A stretch of 64,000 nucleotides of DNA from Dehalococcoidia bacterium (GTDB lineage: Bacteria > Chloroflexota > Dehalococcoidia > Bin125): the NCBI GenBank assembly GCA_963663235.2, contig CAXXNO010000005.1:1-64000 (forward strand), written 5' to 3'. Position 1 is the stretch's first letter. Every line of letters starts with the position of its first letter. Below are positions 50,952-60,942 of the stretch, piece by piece. Below the pieces are notes generated by a model. That model was not told the DNA's origin and searched no databases. It saw only the letters and a program-made list of their open reading frames with translations. Made by a program: the position numbers and the translations under genes.

Positions 50952-52036
50952 GCGATCCCCCGACGGCGCCGGGCGGCTCGCTCGGCGACGGCCGGGCCGC
51001 GGACGTTCTCGATCTGCCCGCTGACCCGGTCGCGTTCGCGGCGGAGTGCATACGGCGCAACTGGTCCAACGGACTGCCGCTCATCCCGCCGACGGAAGAG
51101 CGCGTCGCAGCCATGCTCGCCGAGGCGGGTCGGGACGCCCTGCAAGTGATCGCGGTGCTCGCGCCTCGCCAAGGGGAGGCGACCGTGCAAGCGATCGCCA
51201 CGAACGCGGTCATGGCCGGCTGCGAGCCGAAGCATCTGCCCATCGTCGTGGCAGCCGTACAGGGAATCGGCAGCGCGCGGTTCAACGTCGACGCCATCAA
51301 CGCGACGACGCACCCGTGCGCCGTCTTGGTGCTGGTCAACGGACCGATCGCGCGAGAGGCCGGCATCCATGGCGGCAGCGGTTGCTTCGGGCCCGGGTAT
51401 CCCGCCAACGCAACCATTGGTCGGGCCGTGCGACTCGTGCTGCTGAACGTTGCCGGGGCTCTCCCCGGTCACGGGGACAACGCCACGCAGGGCACGCCCG
51501 CCAAGTTCGCCTTCTGTGCCGCGGAGCGGGAAGATGCCAGCCCGTGGCCGCCATTTCACACCACGCGTGGCCTCGCGCCGGCAGAAAGCGCCGTGACCGT
51601 CTTCGCCTGTGAGGGACCGCACAACATTCAGGACCACGGCAGCAACACGGCGGACGGTGTTCTCAAGACGATCGCCGGCGCGATGGGTCAGGCCGGCAGC
51701 AACAACATCCTTGCCCGCGGCGAGCCCCTCCTGGTCTTGGGTCCGGAGCACGCCGCCACGATCGCGGCCGAAGGCTGGGGGCGCGAGGAGATCCAGGAGT
51801 TCCTCTTCAAGCACGCTCGCTACCCCAACGACCGGCTTTCCCCTGAGTTCTTGGATGTCGTCCAGCAACGACTGCAGGGCGACGAAGGCGGCACGCCCAT
51901 CGACATCACAGCCCCGTTACCGATCTCCGACCGGGCTGAGGAGATCCACATCATCGTCGCCGGCGGGCCCGGCAAGCACTCGGCCTGGATGCCGTCGTTC
52001 GGCGGCATGACCCGTCCTATAACTGTGCCGCTCTGA
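50948..52036 (+). CDS. Conserved hypothetical protein of UGSC operons
   Basis: WSNGLPLIPPTEERVAAML, IATNAVMAGC, ATTH, VNGP, ANATIGRA, IVAGGPG; translationally coupled (GTGA) to the UGSC gene. Confidence 0.85.
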   Translation: MSDPPTAPGGSLGDGRAADVLDLPADPVAFAAECIRRNWSNGLPLIPPTEERVAAMLAEAGRDALQVIAVLAPRQGEATVQAIATNAVMAGCEPKHLPIVVAAVQGIGSARFNVDAINATTHPCAVLVLVNGPIAREAGIHGGSGCFGPGYPANATIGRAVRLVLLNVAGALPGHGDNATQGTPAKFAFCAAEREDASPWPPFHTTRGLAPAESAVTVFACEGPHNIQDHGSNTADGVLKTIAGAMGQAGSNNILARGEPLLVLGPEHAATIAAEGWGREEIQEFLFKHARYPNDRLSPEFLDVVQQRLQGDEGGTPIDITAPLPISDRAEEIHIIVAGGPGKHSAWMPSFGGMTRPITVPL

Positions 52037-52233
52037 CTCTCGCCCGCCCCGCTGGAGCGTGCCGCCGTGTCGCGTCCGAATCCTCCACGAGCGGTCCATC
52101 GTGGCAAGACCGCTGCTAGACTCCCGCCTGGGCGGTGTCGGAGAAGCGGGACGAGCGCCGTCGCTCTCCGCTCGCATCGATGGCCCGCGGGCCCTCGGAG
52201 GCCCGCTTTTGCATCTGACGAGGAGATCGCCCG

Positions 52234-54048
52234 GTGACACCGAGTGACGGTAGCGCGACGGCATCCGCCATCGATCCGATCCAGCTTCTCATCATGGCCA
52301 ACCGCCTCGACGGCGTCGTCCGCGAGATGACCAATACGCTCGTGCGCACCGCCCAGTCCGCCACCCTCGCCGCCCGTGATCTCTCCACCTCTATCTCCAG
52401 CGCAGACCACGAGCTCTTCGCCGCCCCCGAAGGCATCCCCGTCCACGTCTACGGCTCCGGCCTCCTCTGCGAGGCCATGGCCGAGATCCATCCCGACTTC
52501 AAGGAGGGCGACGCCTTTCTCCACAACGATCCCTACCTGGGCAACACCCACGCCGCCGACCACACCGTCTTGGTACCCGCCTTCTGCGAGGGCGAGCACG
52601 TCTTCACCATGTGCGTCAAAGCGCACCAGGCGGACATCGGCGATTCTCTCCCGACCACCTACATGCCCAAAGCGGTCGACGTGTACGCCGAGGGTGCCCT
52701 CATCTTCCCCTGCGTCCGCATCCAGGAGCACTACAAAGACGTGGCGGACATCATCCGCATGTGCGAGAAGCGCATCCGCGTTCCTGAGGTCTGGTACGGC
52801 GACTATGTGGCCATGATCGCGGCGGCCCGGGTAGGCGAGCAGGGCGTCAAGGAGTTCTGCGCCAAGTTTGGCCTGGAGACCGTGAAGGCCTTCGTGCGCG
52901 AATGGCTCGACTACTCTGAGCGCCTCGCCGACGCCGCGATCCGACGCCTCCCTGCCGGCCGCCTCCACGCCAGCTCGACCTTCGATCCCTTCCCGTACCT
53001 CCCGGAGGGTCTAAAACTCCAAGCCAACATCGACGTCGATCCGGACGCGGGCCACGTCACCGTGGACCTGCGCGATAACCCCGACTGCATCCCCACCGGG
53101 CTCAACCTCAGCCGCGCCACCGCCACGAACGGCGGCATCTCCGGCGTCCTCATGGTCCTCAACTCCATGCGCGATGTGCAGACCCAAGTCCCCAACAACG
53201 CCGGGACTTTCCGCCGCATCCACGTCCTGCTCCGCGAGAACTGCGTCGTCGGAATCCCTGTCCATCCCACCTCCTGCTCCATGGCCACCACCGGCATTGC
53301 TTGTCACCTCGAGAGCATGGTCGAATCTGCCTTCGCCCGTCTGCGGGACGGCATCGGTCTAGCGGAGCCCGCTCGGGGACAGGGGCCGTACATGGCGGTC
53401 GTGTCCGGCTTCGACCGGCGCCGCAACGAGCCCTACACGCTTTCGTTGTTCACCGGCAGCGCCGGCGGCCCGGGCGGTCCCGACGTCGACGGCTGGCTCA
53501 CGTTCCTGATGCCTGGCTCGGCCGGCGTGCAATATATCGACGCGACCGAGCTGCTCGAGCAGAAATATCCCTTCCTCGTCTTCGAGATGCGAGTCCGGCC
53601 CGACTCCGAAGGCGCGGGTCGTCAGCGCGGCGCGCCCGGCGGCATCACCGTCTATGGCCCCCTGGACGACCCCCAGGAGGTCCACTACTCCATGGATGGC
53701 ATGATCAACGCTCCGAAAGGCGTGCAGGGAGGCGGCCCCTCCCGCGGACCGGCGGCGCAGCTGATCGACCGCCAGGGCGCGACCCACGATCTGCCGAGCA
53801 TCGTTGGCGAACAGACGCTGCACGCCGGAGAGCGGATCGTCTCGCTCTCGTCCGGCGGTGGTGGCTACGGTGACCCCTTCACCCGTGATCTGGACGCAGT
53901 CCTTCGTGACGTCGTCGACGGCTACGTCAGCGTCGACCGCGCCAGTGAGACCTACGGTGTCGTCGTCACCGGCGACCCCACCCGTGTCGAAACCCTCGCC
54001 GTCGACCGTCAAGCCACCGCAGCATCCCGGGCGCGCGGGCGCCCGTAG
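52234..54048 (+). CDS. Hydantoinase B/oxoprolinase family protein (paralog 3, distinct subfamily)
   Basis: HNDPYLGNTHAADH, KAHQADIG, DSEGAGRQRG, GGGGYGDP. Confidence 0.93.
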   Translation: MTPSDGSATASAIDPIQLLIMANRLDGVVREMTNTLVRTAQSATLAARDLSTSISSADHELFAAPEGIPVHVYGSGLLCEAMAEIHPDFKEGDAFLHNDPYLGNTHAADHTVLVPAFCEGEHVFTMCVKAHQADIGDSLPTTYMPKAVDVYAEGALIFPCVRIQEHYKDVADIIRMCEKRIRVPEVWYGDYVAMIAAARVGEQGVKEFCAKFGLETVKAFVREWLDYSERLADAAIRRLPAGRLHASSTFDPFPYLPEGLKLQANIDVDPDAGHVTVDLRDNPDCIPTGLNLSRATATNGGISGVLMVLNSMRDVQTQVPNNAGTFRRIHVLLRENCVVGIPVHPTSCSMATTGIACHLESMVESAFARLRDGIGLAEPARGQGPYMAVVSGFDRRRNEPYTLSLFTGSAGGPGGPDVDGWLTFLMPGSAGVQYIDATELLEQKYPFLVFEMRVRPDSEGAGRQRGAPGGITVYGPLDDPQEVHYSMDGMINAPKGVQGGGPSRGPAAQLIDRQGATHDLPSIVGEQTLHAGERIVSLSSGGGGYGDPFTRDLDAVLRDVVDGYVSVDRASETYGVVVTGDPTRVETLAVDRQATAASRARGRP

Positions 54049-54347
54049 GGCCTCGGCCGCGCCGAGGCAGGGATCTCGCTTGCGAGCCGTCCCGCGACTC
54101 CGGAGAATGCCGAAAGAGGAAGATCAGGGCCACGCTCAACGAACAGATCAGTGGGGGGCAGGGATTCCGCATCGTCATGTCGTTGCCGGAACGTTCCACG
54201 CGGAGCCTTGAGGAGGGCCGTCGTCTGGTGGGCCCGTGATGAGGCTGGAGTAGAAGCCGGTCGAACACCCGCGTCCGCCATGCCGTCTCTCCTAGAGGAC
54301 GTGTGTGCCATGGTCGGCCGCGGGCGAATTGGAAAGAGGGAACGCAC

Positions 54348-54878
54348 GTGAAAAGCGAGTTCACAACCCAGCAGGAGCTCGACGCGGGGCTCTCGCACGT
54401 CCTCGAGTCGCCTCAGGACGGCGGAAGGTTGGAGGCCATCTTCGTCCGGCCGGCAGTGGACAAGCGCGAGTCTCCGGAGACGGCCTCGCTTTCGCCTGCC
54501 GGCGGCGTTCACGGCGACAAGTGGGCGTCCTCCGGGGCAGATCCCCGCGCGCAAGTGACGCTCATGAACGCTCGGATTCTCAACCTGGTCGCGGGAAGTC
54601 GCGACCGTTGGGCTCTTGCCGGTGACCAACTCATCGTCGACTTGGATCTGAGCCAAGAGAACCTCCCTGCCGGTCAGCGGCTGGCCATCGACGATGCGGT
54701 GCTGGAAGTGAGCGAGCTCCCCCACACCGGGTGCCAGAAGTTCTCGCAGCGCTACGGAACGACGGCGGCTCGATACATCAACGCGCCCGCGCGGGCGAGC
54801 CTCAACCTGCGCGGCGTCAACGCCATCGTGGTCAAAGCCGGGACCGTGCGACGCGGGAGCGAAGTGCGCAAGGTTTGA
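54348..54878 (+). CDS. MOSC domain protein
   Basis: GGVHGDKW, AQVTLMNAR, LAGDQLIVDLDLS, PHTGCQKF, NLRGVNAIVV. Confidence 0.88.
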   Translation: MKSEFTTQQELDAGLSHVLESPQDGGRLEAIFVRPAVDKRESPETASLSPAGGVHGDKWASSGADPRAQVTLMNARILNLVAGSRDRWALAGDQLIVDLDLSQENLPAGQRLAIDDAVLEVSELPHTGCQKFSQRYGTTAARYINAPARASLNLRGVNAIVVKAGTVRRGSEVRKV

Positions 54879-55155
54879 GCTCCCAAGACCTCGGCGCTCA
54901 GACGGGGTCCGATTCCGCCGGAACGCCCCACGTGACTCTCACGGATCGGGACACGGTAATCCGGCGTCGAATTCGTCGTGAGAGGACCAACGGCGCTCCG
55001 CCGCGCGCGGCACGCCGACTCTCGCATTGAACCGACCGGAGGCGCGAACCGATGCGGGTCATGCGCAGCCTCGCCGCGCCGGCCCCGCCGGTGACGGCGG
55101 CGAGCGCTAGCATCGGACTCGGAGGCAGCCGCCTACCGCAAGAAAGGTCGGACGC

Positions 55156-55938
55156 ATGGGCATCCTCGACGGAAAAGTCGCGGTGATCACGGGCGGAGCC
55201 TCCGGCATCGGCGCCGAGACCGCCCGCCTCTTCGCACGGGAAGGCGCGCAACTCGTAATCGGCGACTTGCAGGCGGAGCGCGGACGGGCGCTGGTCGAGG
55301 AGATCGGCCGGGAAGGAGGCGACGCCACCTTCGCCCGCACTGACGTGACCCGGACGGAGGACGTGGCGGCGCTGATCGCCGCTGCCGTCGATCGCTGGGG
55401 CGGTCTCGACGTCCTGTTCAACAATGCGGGCATTCACGTGCATCAGGGCCTGCTCGTACAGAACTCGGTCGAGGAGTTCGATGAAGTCCTCGCCGTCAAC
55501 CTGCGCGGCCCGTTCTTGGGTATGCAACACGCCATTCCCCACATGATCGCACGCGGTGGCGGCTCCATTATCTGCACGTCGTCCACGGGCGCGCGGGTCG
55601 GGCACATGCGCAATGCCGGGTACTGCGCCAGCAAAGCGGGTGTGCTGGGTCTGGTGCGAGTCGCCGCGATTGAGTACGCGGACCAGAACATCCGCGTCAA
55701 CGCGATCCTGCCGGGGATCATCGCCACACCAATGGGGTTGGCGGATCCCTGGCTGCATGCGGCGAGCCCAGAGGAGCGAATGGCGACGCTGGCACGGTCC
55801 CAGCCGATCCCACGGGCGGGTTTGCCGGAGGACATCGCGCGGGTCGCGCTCTGGCTCGCCGGCGACCTCTCCGCCTGGGTCACCGGGCAGGAAATCGTCG
55901 CCGACGGCGGCTATCTCGCGGATTCGCAGCGAGGCTAG
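55156..55938 (+). CDS. Short-chain dehydrogenase/reductase
   Basis: ITGGASGIG, NNAG, YCASK, IRVNAILPG, VTGQEIVADGG. Confidence 0.95.
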   Translation: MGILDGKVAVITGGASGIGAETARLFAREGAQLVIGDLQAERGRALVEEIGREGGDATFARTDVTRTEDVAALIAAAVDRWGGLDVLFNNAGIHVHQGLLVQNSVEEFDEVLAVNLRGPFLGMQHAIPHMIARGGGSIICTSSTGARVGHMRNAGYCASKAGVLGLVRVAAIEYADQNIRVNAILPGIIATPMGLADPWLHAASPEERMATLARSQPIPRAGLPEDIARVALWLAGDLSAWVTGQEIVADGGYLADSQRG

Positions 55939-56130
55939 ATCCGCGAAGTCGCACAGTCCTTCACTGCGAGGCCACCGAAAACACACGCTGAGCCGTCCCG
56001 GGCTCGGCGGCGTGCTGGTAAGTAGTGCTGCCCTTAGGCTCGGTGCTCGCGACGGACCAGTCCGGCACGATGGGCGCCCGATCAGACGTTCGGCGGGTCG
56101 TCCCGCTTGGGACCGGCGGATTCGGGAGTA

Positions 56131-57667
56131 TCAGGAGTCCGCGCGGAGCCGGAACCGCTGGATCTTGCCCGTCATCGTCTTCGGCAGGCTCGTCGCGAAC
56201 TCGACGACGTGAGGGTATTGGAACCGTTGCAGTCGCGTTTTGCACCAGGTTTGGAGCTCGCTGGTTAGATCGTCGTTCGGGCTCCCCTCATCACCCAGCA
56301 CGATGACGGCCTTGATCCGCATGATCCCATCAACCCGCACGCCGATCACGGCAGCTTCGTCCACGGCGGAGTGCTCCAGGAGCACGTTCTCAATCTCGAT
56401 CGGCGAGACCCATTCGCCGGCCTACCTTGATCATGTCATCCGCGCGCCCCTCGTACCAGTAGAACCCCTCCGCGTCGACCCTGTAACGGTCGCCGGTGAA
56501 CACCCACTCGCCTTGCATCGTCTCCCGGCTCTTCTCGCGACGGTGCCAATAGAACGGCGCCGCGCTTCCGCCCTTCACCAGGAGGTTCCCCGTCTCGCCG
56601 GGGGCCACGGGGCGGTCATAGTCTCCAATGATCCGCAGCTCGTAGCCCGGCACGGGCTTGCCGCTTGAACCGGGCTTTACGGCGTCCGCCGTGTTGGAGC
56701 AGAAGATGTGCAGCAGCTCCGTCGATCCGATCCCGTCGAGGATCGTCAAGCCGAACTGCTCCTTCCGCCGTCTCCAGGTTTCCGGCGGCAGCGGCTCCGC
56801 GGCGGAGATGCAGAGCCGGACGGACGACAGGTCGAACGATGCAGAGGCCGGGTCGTTGAAGATGGCGTTGTAGAGCGTCGGCACAATGCAGAAAACCGTG
56901 GGGCGGTAGCGCTGCACGGCCTCCAGGACACCCTGAGGAGTCGGACGCCCGGGACTGAAGATGCTTGACGCCCCCACCCAGAAGGGAAAGGTGATGGCGT
57001 TGCCCAGCCCGTAGGCATGGAAGAGGACGCGTCCGAAGACGATGTCGTCTTCGCGGATCTGCAGGACGTGACGAGCATATGTCTCGCAGGTGTACGGGAT
57101 GTCTCTGTGGAGGTGGACCACCGCTTTCGGGTTCCCGGTGAAACCGGAGCTGTAGAGCCAAAAGGCCATGTCATCGCGATGGGTGTTTGCCGGCGCCAGC
57201 ACCCCGGGCCGATCGTCGAGCAGGTCTTGCATTCGATGCGCGTCCGGTCGTTTCTCCCCAGTGTTGATGATCGTCACTCGCCCTCGTCGATCCTTGAGAG
57301 CCTCGCTCAGCGGATCGAGGAACTCGTCGTCAACGACGACGACGCGGGCGTCGCTGTCCTCGACGAAAAAGCGGTAGTCCTCCGCCCGGTAGCGTGGGTT
57401 CACGGGCACAGGCACCGCCCCGATCCGCGTCGCCCCGAAGAAGGCCACCGGGAAAGCGGGCGAGTCGTCGAGCACCAGCAGGATCCGCTCCTCCGGGCGG
57501 ACGCCCAACTCCGTCAGCGCGTTCCCCATACGGCACACGCGGTCGAAGAGCTCCTCGTAGGTCACCCGCTCATCGCCGCAATAGATCGCCACCTTGTCGC
57601 CGCGACCGGCATCAAGGTTGGCATCGAGGATCTCGCTGACGTTGTACCGTTCGGGTGGAACGAGCAT
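56131..57667 (-). CDS. Benzoate-CoA ligase family protein; frameshift near 56420
   Basis: FWLYSSG.TG.PK, LFHAYGLGN, DGIGSTELLHIF, TGDRY, GRADDMIKV. The C-terminal domain (LPKTMTGKIQRF) lies in the adjacent frame; divergent from boxC. Confidence 0.9.
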
Positions 57668-57816
57668 GGTTTGCCCCGGCGCCACTCTCGGTTGCCGGCT
57701 CCGGTCACGAGAAAATCGACCGGCGCCGCCCCGTCCGCTCCCTGGGGCCAAGCGGCCGACGCCTCCGCGGAAGCCTATAATAGCGTCCGACGAACCGCCG
57801 GCTGGGAGGTGTGGCG

Positions 57817-59499
57817 ATGTCCCAGGATCCGCCGGCTGCATCGCACCCCCCGATCGACTTCGTGACGAACCCCGAGCAGTACCGGCACTGGGGTCTCTCC
57901 TTCCTCGGTTCAGTCGCCGTCCTCGAAATGCGCGTGCAGCCGGACCAACCGCTCCGGCCCGGCTACACGCTCAAGCGCAACTCCTACGACCTCGGCGTTG
58001 ACATCGAGCTGGCTGATGCGGTCCAACGCCTCCGGTTCGAGCACCCGGAGGTGGGCTGCGTCGTGATGACGTCCGCAGACGCGCAGGTCTTCTGTGCCGG
58101 CGCGAATATTCAGATGCTGAGCAGTTCCAGTCACGCGCACAAGGTGAACTTTTGCAAGTTCACCAACGAGACGCGGAACGCCATGGAGGACGCCTCGGCG
58201 CACTCCGGCCAGACCTACCTGTGCGCCCTGGCGGGCCCGGCGAGCGGGGGCGGCTACGAGCTGGCGCTGGGCTGCGACTACATCATGCTCATCGACGACG
58301 GCAGCTCCGCCGTCTCTTTGCCGGAGCTCCCGCTGCTCGGCGTGCTGCCCGGCACCGGCGGCCTCACGCGACTCGTCGATAAGCGCCGCGTCCGACGGGA
58401 CCGTGCGGACTACTTCTGCACCCTCCCGGAGGGCATTCGCGGTAAACGCGCGCTCCAATGGGGCCTCGTGGACGAACTAGTCCTCCGCTCGCGGTTCATG
58501 GACCTCGTGATGGAGCGGGCACGCGAGTTCGCCGGCCGATCGGACCGCCCGCGCGACGCCGAGGGAATCATCCTCAATCCAGTACCGCGCACGGTGGAAG
58601 CGGACGGCGTCCGCTACCCGCACCTGACGCTCGACATCGACCGCGAGAAGCGGGTCGCCGCCTTGTCGATCATGGGCCCGGCCGAGCCCCAACCGCAGAC
58701 GCCGGCGGAGATCAGAGCGGCCGACGCCGAGTTCTGGCCGCTCGCCTTCGCCCGGCAGCTTGATGACGCGCTGCTACACCTACGCCTAAACGAGGAGGAG
58801 ATCGGTACGTGGCTCTTCACGACGGAGGGCGACAACGGCCGACTGGCGGCGGTCGATGACGTCCTCGTTCGGCACGCCGACGATTGGCTGGTCCGCGAGA
58901 TCACGCTCCTGCTCCGACGCACCCTCAAACGTCTCGATCTCAGCGCCCGGAGCAGCGTCGCCCAGATTGAGCCGGGGAGTTGCTTTACGGGCACGCTGCT
59001 GGAAGTAGCGCTCGCCGCGGACCGCAGCTACATGCTGGACGGGACAGATGATGACGGCGCCCGCCCCGCGCCGGCGCTCCGGCTCACGCCGATGAATTTC
59101 GGACCGCTCACCATGAGCAACGGGCTGACCCGCCTGGCCACGCGCTTCCTTAACGATCCGGAACACATCGAGCGTCTTGAGGCGCGCGCTGGTATCGACC
59201 TCGACGCGCAAGCCGCGGATTCGCTCGGCCTCGTTACCTTTATCCCGGATGAGATCGATTGGGAAGACGAGGTGCGCCTCGCCCTCGAGGAGCGCGCGAG
59301 CTTCTCGCCGGACGCGCTGACGGGGCTCGAGGCAAACCTCCGCTTCCCCGGTCCTGAGACGCTTGAGACCAAGATCTTCGGCCGGCTCAGCGCCTGGCAG
59401 AACTGGATCTTCCAGCGCGACAATGCGGCAGGAGACGATGGCGCCTTGCGACGGTACGGGACGGGCCGGCCGCCCAAGTTCGACTGGAAGCGGACCTGA
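57817..59499 (+). CDS. boxC: 2,3-epoxybenzoyl-CoA dihydrolase
   Basis: NSYDLGVDIELADAVQRLRFEHPEV, HAHKVNFCKFTNETR, LPLLGVLPGTGG, ETKIFGRLSAWQNWIFQR. Confidence 0.96.
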   Translation: MSQDPPAASHPPIDFVTNPEQYRHWGLSFLGSVAVLEMRVQPDQPLRPGYTLKRNSYDLGVDIELADAVQRLRFEHPEVGCVVMTSADAQVFCAGANIQMLSSSSHAHKVNFCKFTNETRNAMEDASAHSGQTYLCALAGPASGGGYELALGCDYIMLIDDGSSAVSLPELPLLGVLPGTGGLTRLVDKRRVRRDRADYFCTLPEGIRGKRALQWGLVDELVLRSRFMDLVMERAREFAGRSDRPRDAEGIILNPVPRTVEADGVRYPHLTLDIDREKRVAALSIMGPAEPQPQTPAEIRAADAEFWPLAFARQLDDALLHLRLNEEEIGTWLFTTEGDNGRLAAVDDVLVRHADDWLVREITLLLRRTLKRLDLSARSSVAQIEPGSCFTGTLLEVALAADRSYMLDGTDDDGARPAPALRLTPMNFGPLTMSNGLTRLATRFLNDPEHIERLEARAGIDLDAQAADSLGLVTFIPDEIDWEDEVRLALEERASFSPDALTGLEANLRFPGPETLETKIFGRLSAWQNWIFQRDNAAGDDGALRRYGTGRPPKFDWKRT

Positions 59500-59502
59500 G
59501 CA

Positions 59503-60876
59503 ATGGCGATCAACTATGGCGACCGGATCCCTAACAATGTCGACCTCAACGACGACCGGCGGCTACGGCGCGCCTTGGAGGTGTGGCAGCCCAGCTACCT
59601 GAAGTGGTGGCGGGATCTCGGTCCGCACGACTCGCAAGAGTTCAATGTGTACCTCCGCACCGCTACGCACGTAGGAGCGCGCGGGTGGGCGCACTTCGAC
59701 TACGTGAAGATGCCGGACTACCGTTGGGGCATCTTCCTCGCGGAGCCCGAGCCCGGCCGGACGATCCCTTTTGGAGACCATAAAGGGAAGCCGGTTTGGC
59801 AGGACGTTCCCGGCGAGTACCGCCCGCAGCTCCGTCGGCTCATCGTGACGCAAGGGGACACCGAGCCTGCCTCCGTGGAGCAACAGCGCTTCCTGGGATC
59901 GACCTGCCCGTCCATGTACGACCTTCGCAACCTGCTCCAGGTGAACGTGGAGGAGGGGCGCCACCTCTGGGCGATGGTCTACCTCCTGCAGGCGCACTTC
60001 GGCCGCGACGGCCGCGAGGAGGCCGAGGCGCTGCTGCAGCGGCACTCGGGTGACGCCGACCACCCGCGCATGCTGGGCGCGTTCAACGAACCGACGCCGG
60101 ACTGGCTCGCGTTCTTGGCCGAATCCGGCTTCGATCCGCTCGCCCGGACCTGCCAGTTCATGCTGACGGAGGAGGCCTACCACATGTTCGTGGGTGAGAC
60201 GGGCGGCCTCCGCGTCGCACAGCGGACCGCCGAGGTGATGCGCGACCTTCGCACCGACGATCCGGGGCGGCTCCGGCTCGCCGGAGTCATCGACCTCCCG
60301 ACCATCCAGCGCTACCTCAACTTCCATTACTGCGTATCGCTCGACCTGTTCGGGAGCGAGATCTCGACAAACGTGGCCACGTACTTCGGCGCCGGGCTCA
60401 AAGGTCGCTACCAAGAGGCCAAGATCACCGACGACCACCTTCTGACCGATATCACTTGGCCTGTCGACGTCGTGCGCGGCGATCGGATCGTGAGCGAACA
60501 GCATCCCGCGAGAACCGCGCTCAACGATCGCCTGCGCAAGGACTACATCGACGACTGCCAGCGCGGGGTGGAGCGCTGGAATCACGCGATCCATGACGCC
60601 GGCGTGGACGCCGCGCTCCGGCTCCCGCACCTTGGCTTCAACCGGCGGGTTGGGCAGTTCGCGGATGCCCGCGTCGCGCCGGACGGGCGGTTGCTCACCG
60701 AATCCGAATGGGAGGCGCAACGCTCGGCCTGGCTGCCGACCGACGACGACAAGGAGTTTGTGGCGTCGCTGATGGGACGGGTGGTCCAGCCGGGCGTCAT
60801 GGCGAGCTGGATCGCGCCGCCCGCGCGAGGAATCAACGGCCGGCCGCTTGATTTCGAGTACGTGCGCTTCAGCTGA
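59503..60876 (+). CDS. boxB: Benzoyl-CoA 2,3-epoxidase subunit BoxB with an internal in-frame deletion
   Basis: IPNNV, YVKMPDYRWGI, QGDTEPASVEQQ, VNVEEGRHLWAM, LAESGFDPLAR, MLTEEAYHMFVG; the conserved FMFTYFTDRDGK segment is absent. Confidence 0.93.
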   Translation: MAINYGDRIPNNVDLNDDRRLRRALEVWQPSYLKWWRDLGPHDSQEFNVYLRTATHVGARGWAHFDYVKMPDYRWGIFLAEPEPGRTIPFGDHKGKPVWQDVPGEYRPQLRRLIVTQGDTEPASVEQQRFLGSTCPSMYDLRNLLQVNVEEGRHLWAMVYLLQAHFGRDGREEAEALLQRHSGDADHPRMLGAFNEPTPDWLAFLAESGFDPLARTCQFMLTEEAYHMFVGETGGLRVAQRTAEVMRDLRTDDPGRLRLAGVIDLPTIQRYLNFHYCVSLDLFGSEISTNVATYFGAGLKGRYQEAKITDDHLLTDITWPVDVVRGDRIVSEQHPARTALNDRLRKDYIDDCQRGVERWNHAIHDAGVDAALRLPHLGFNRRVGQFADARVAPDGRLLTESEWEAQRSAWLPTDDDKEFVASLMGRVVQPGVMASWIAPPARGINGRPLDFEYVRFS

Positions 60877-60942
60877 CGGCGGCCTGAAGCAGCGGCGGCA
60901 GAATTCGGGAGGCGCCCGCCATGGCAGGCCGCGAGAAGTTCG

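Noticed and set aside
55960-56075. Additional 105-bp element copy after the SDR gene (and end-like traces near 25575, 44830 and 47385)
   Set aside because: Only one degenerate end is recognisable in each case, too weak to call.
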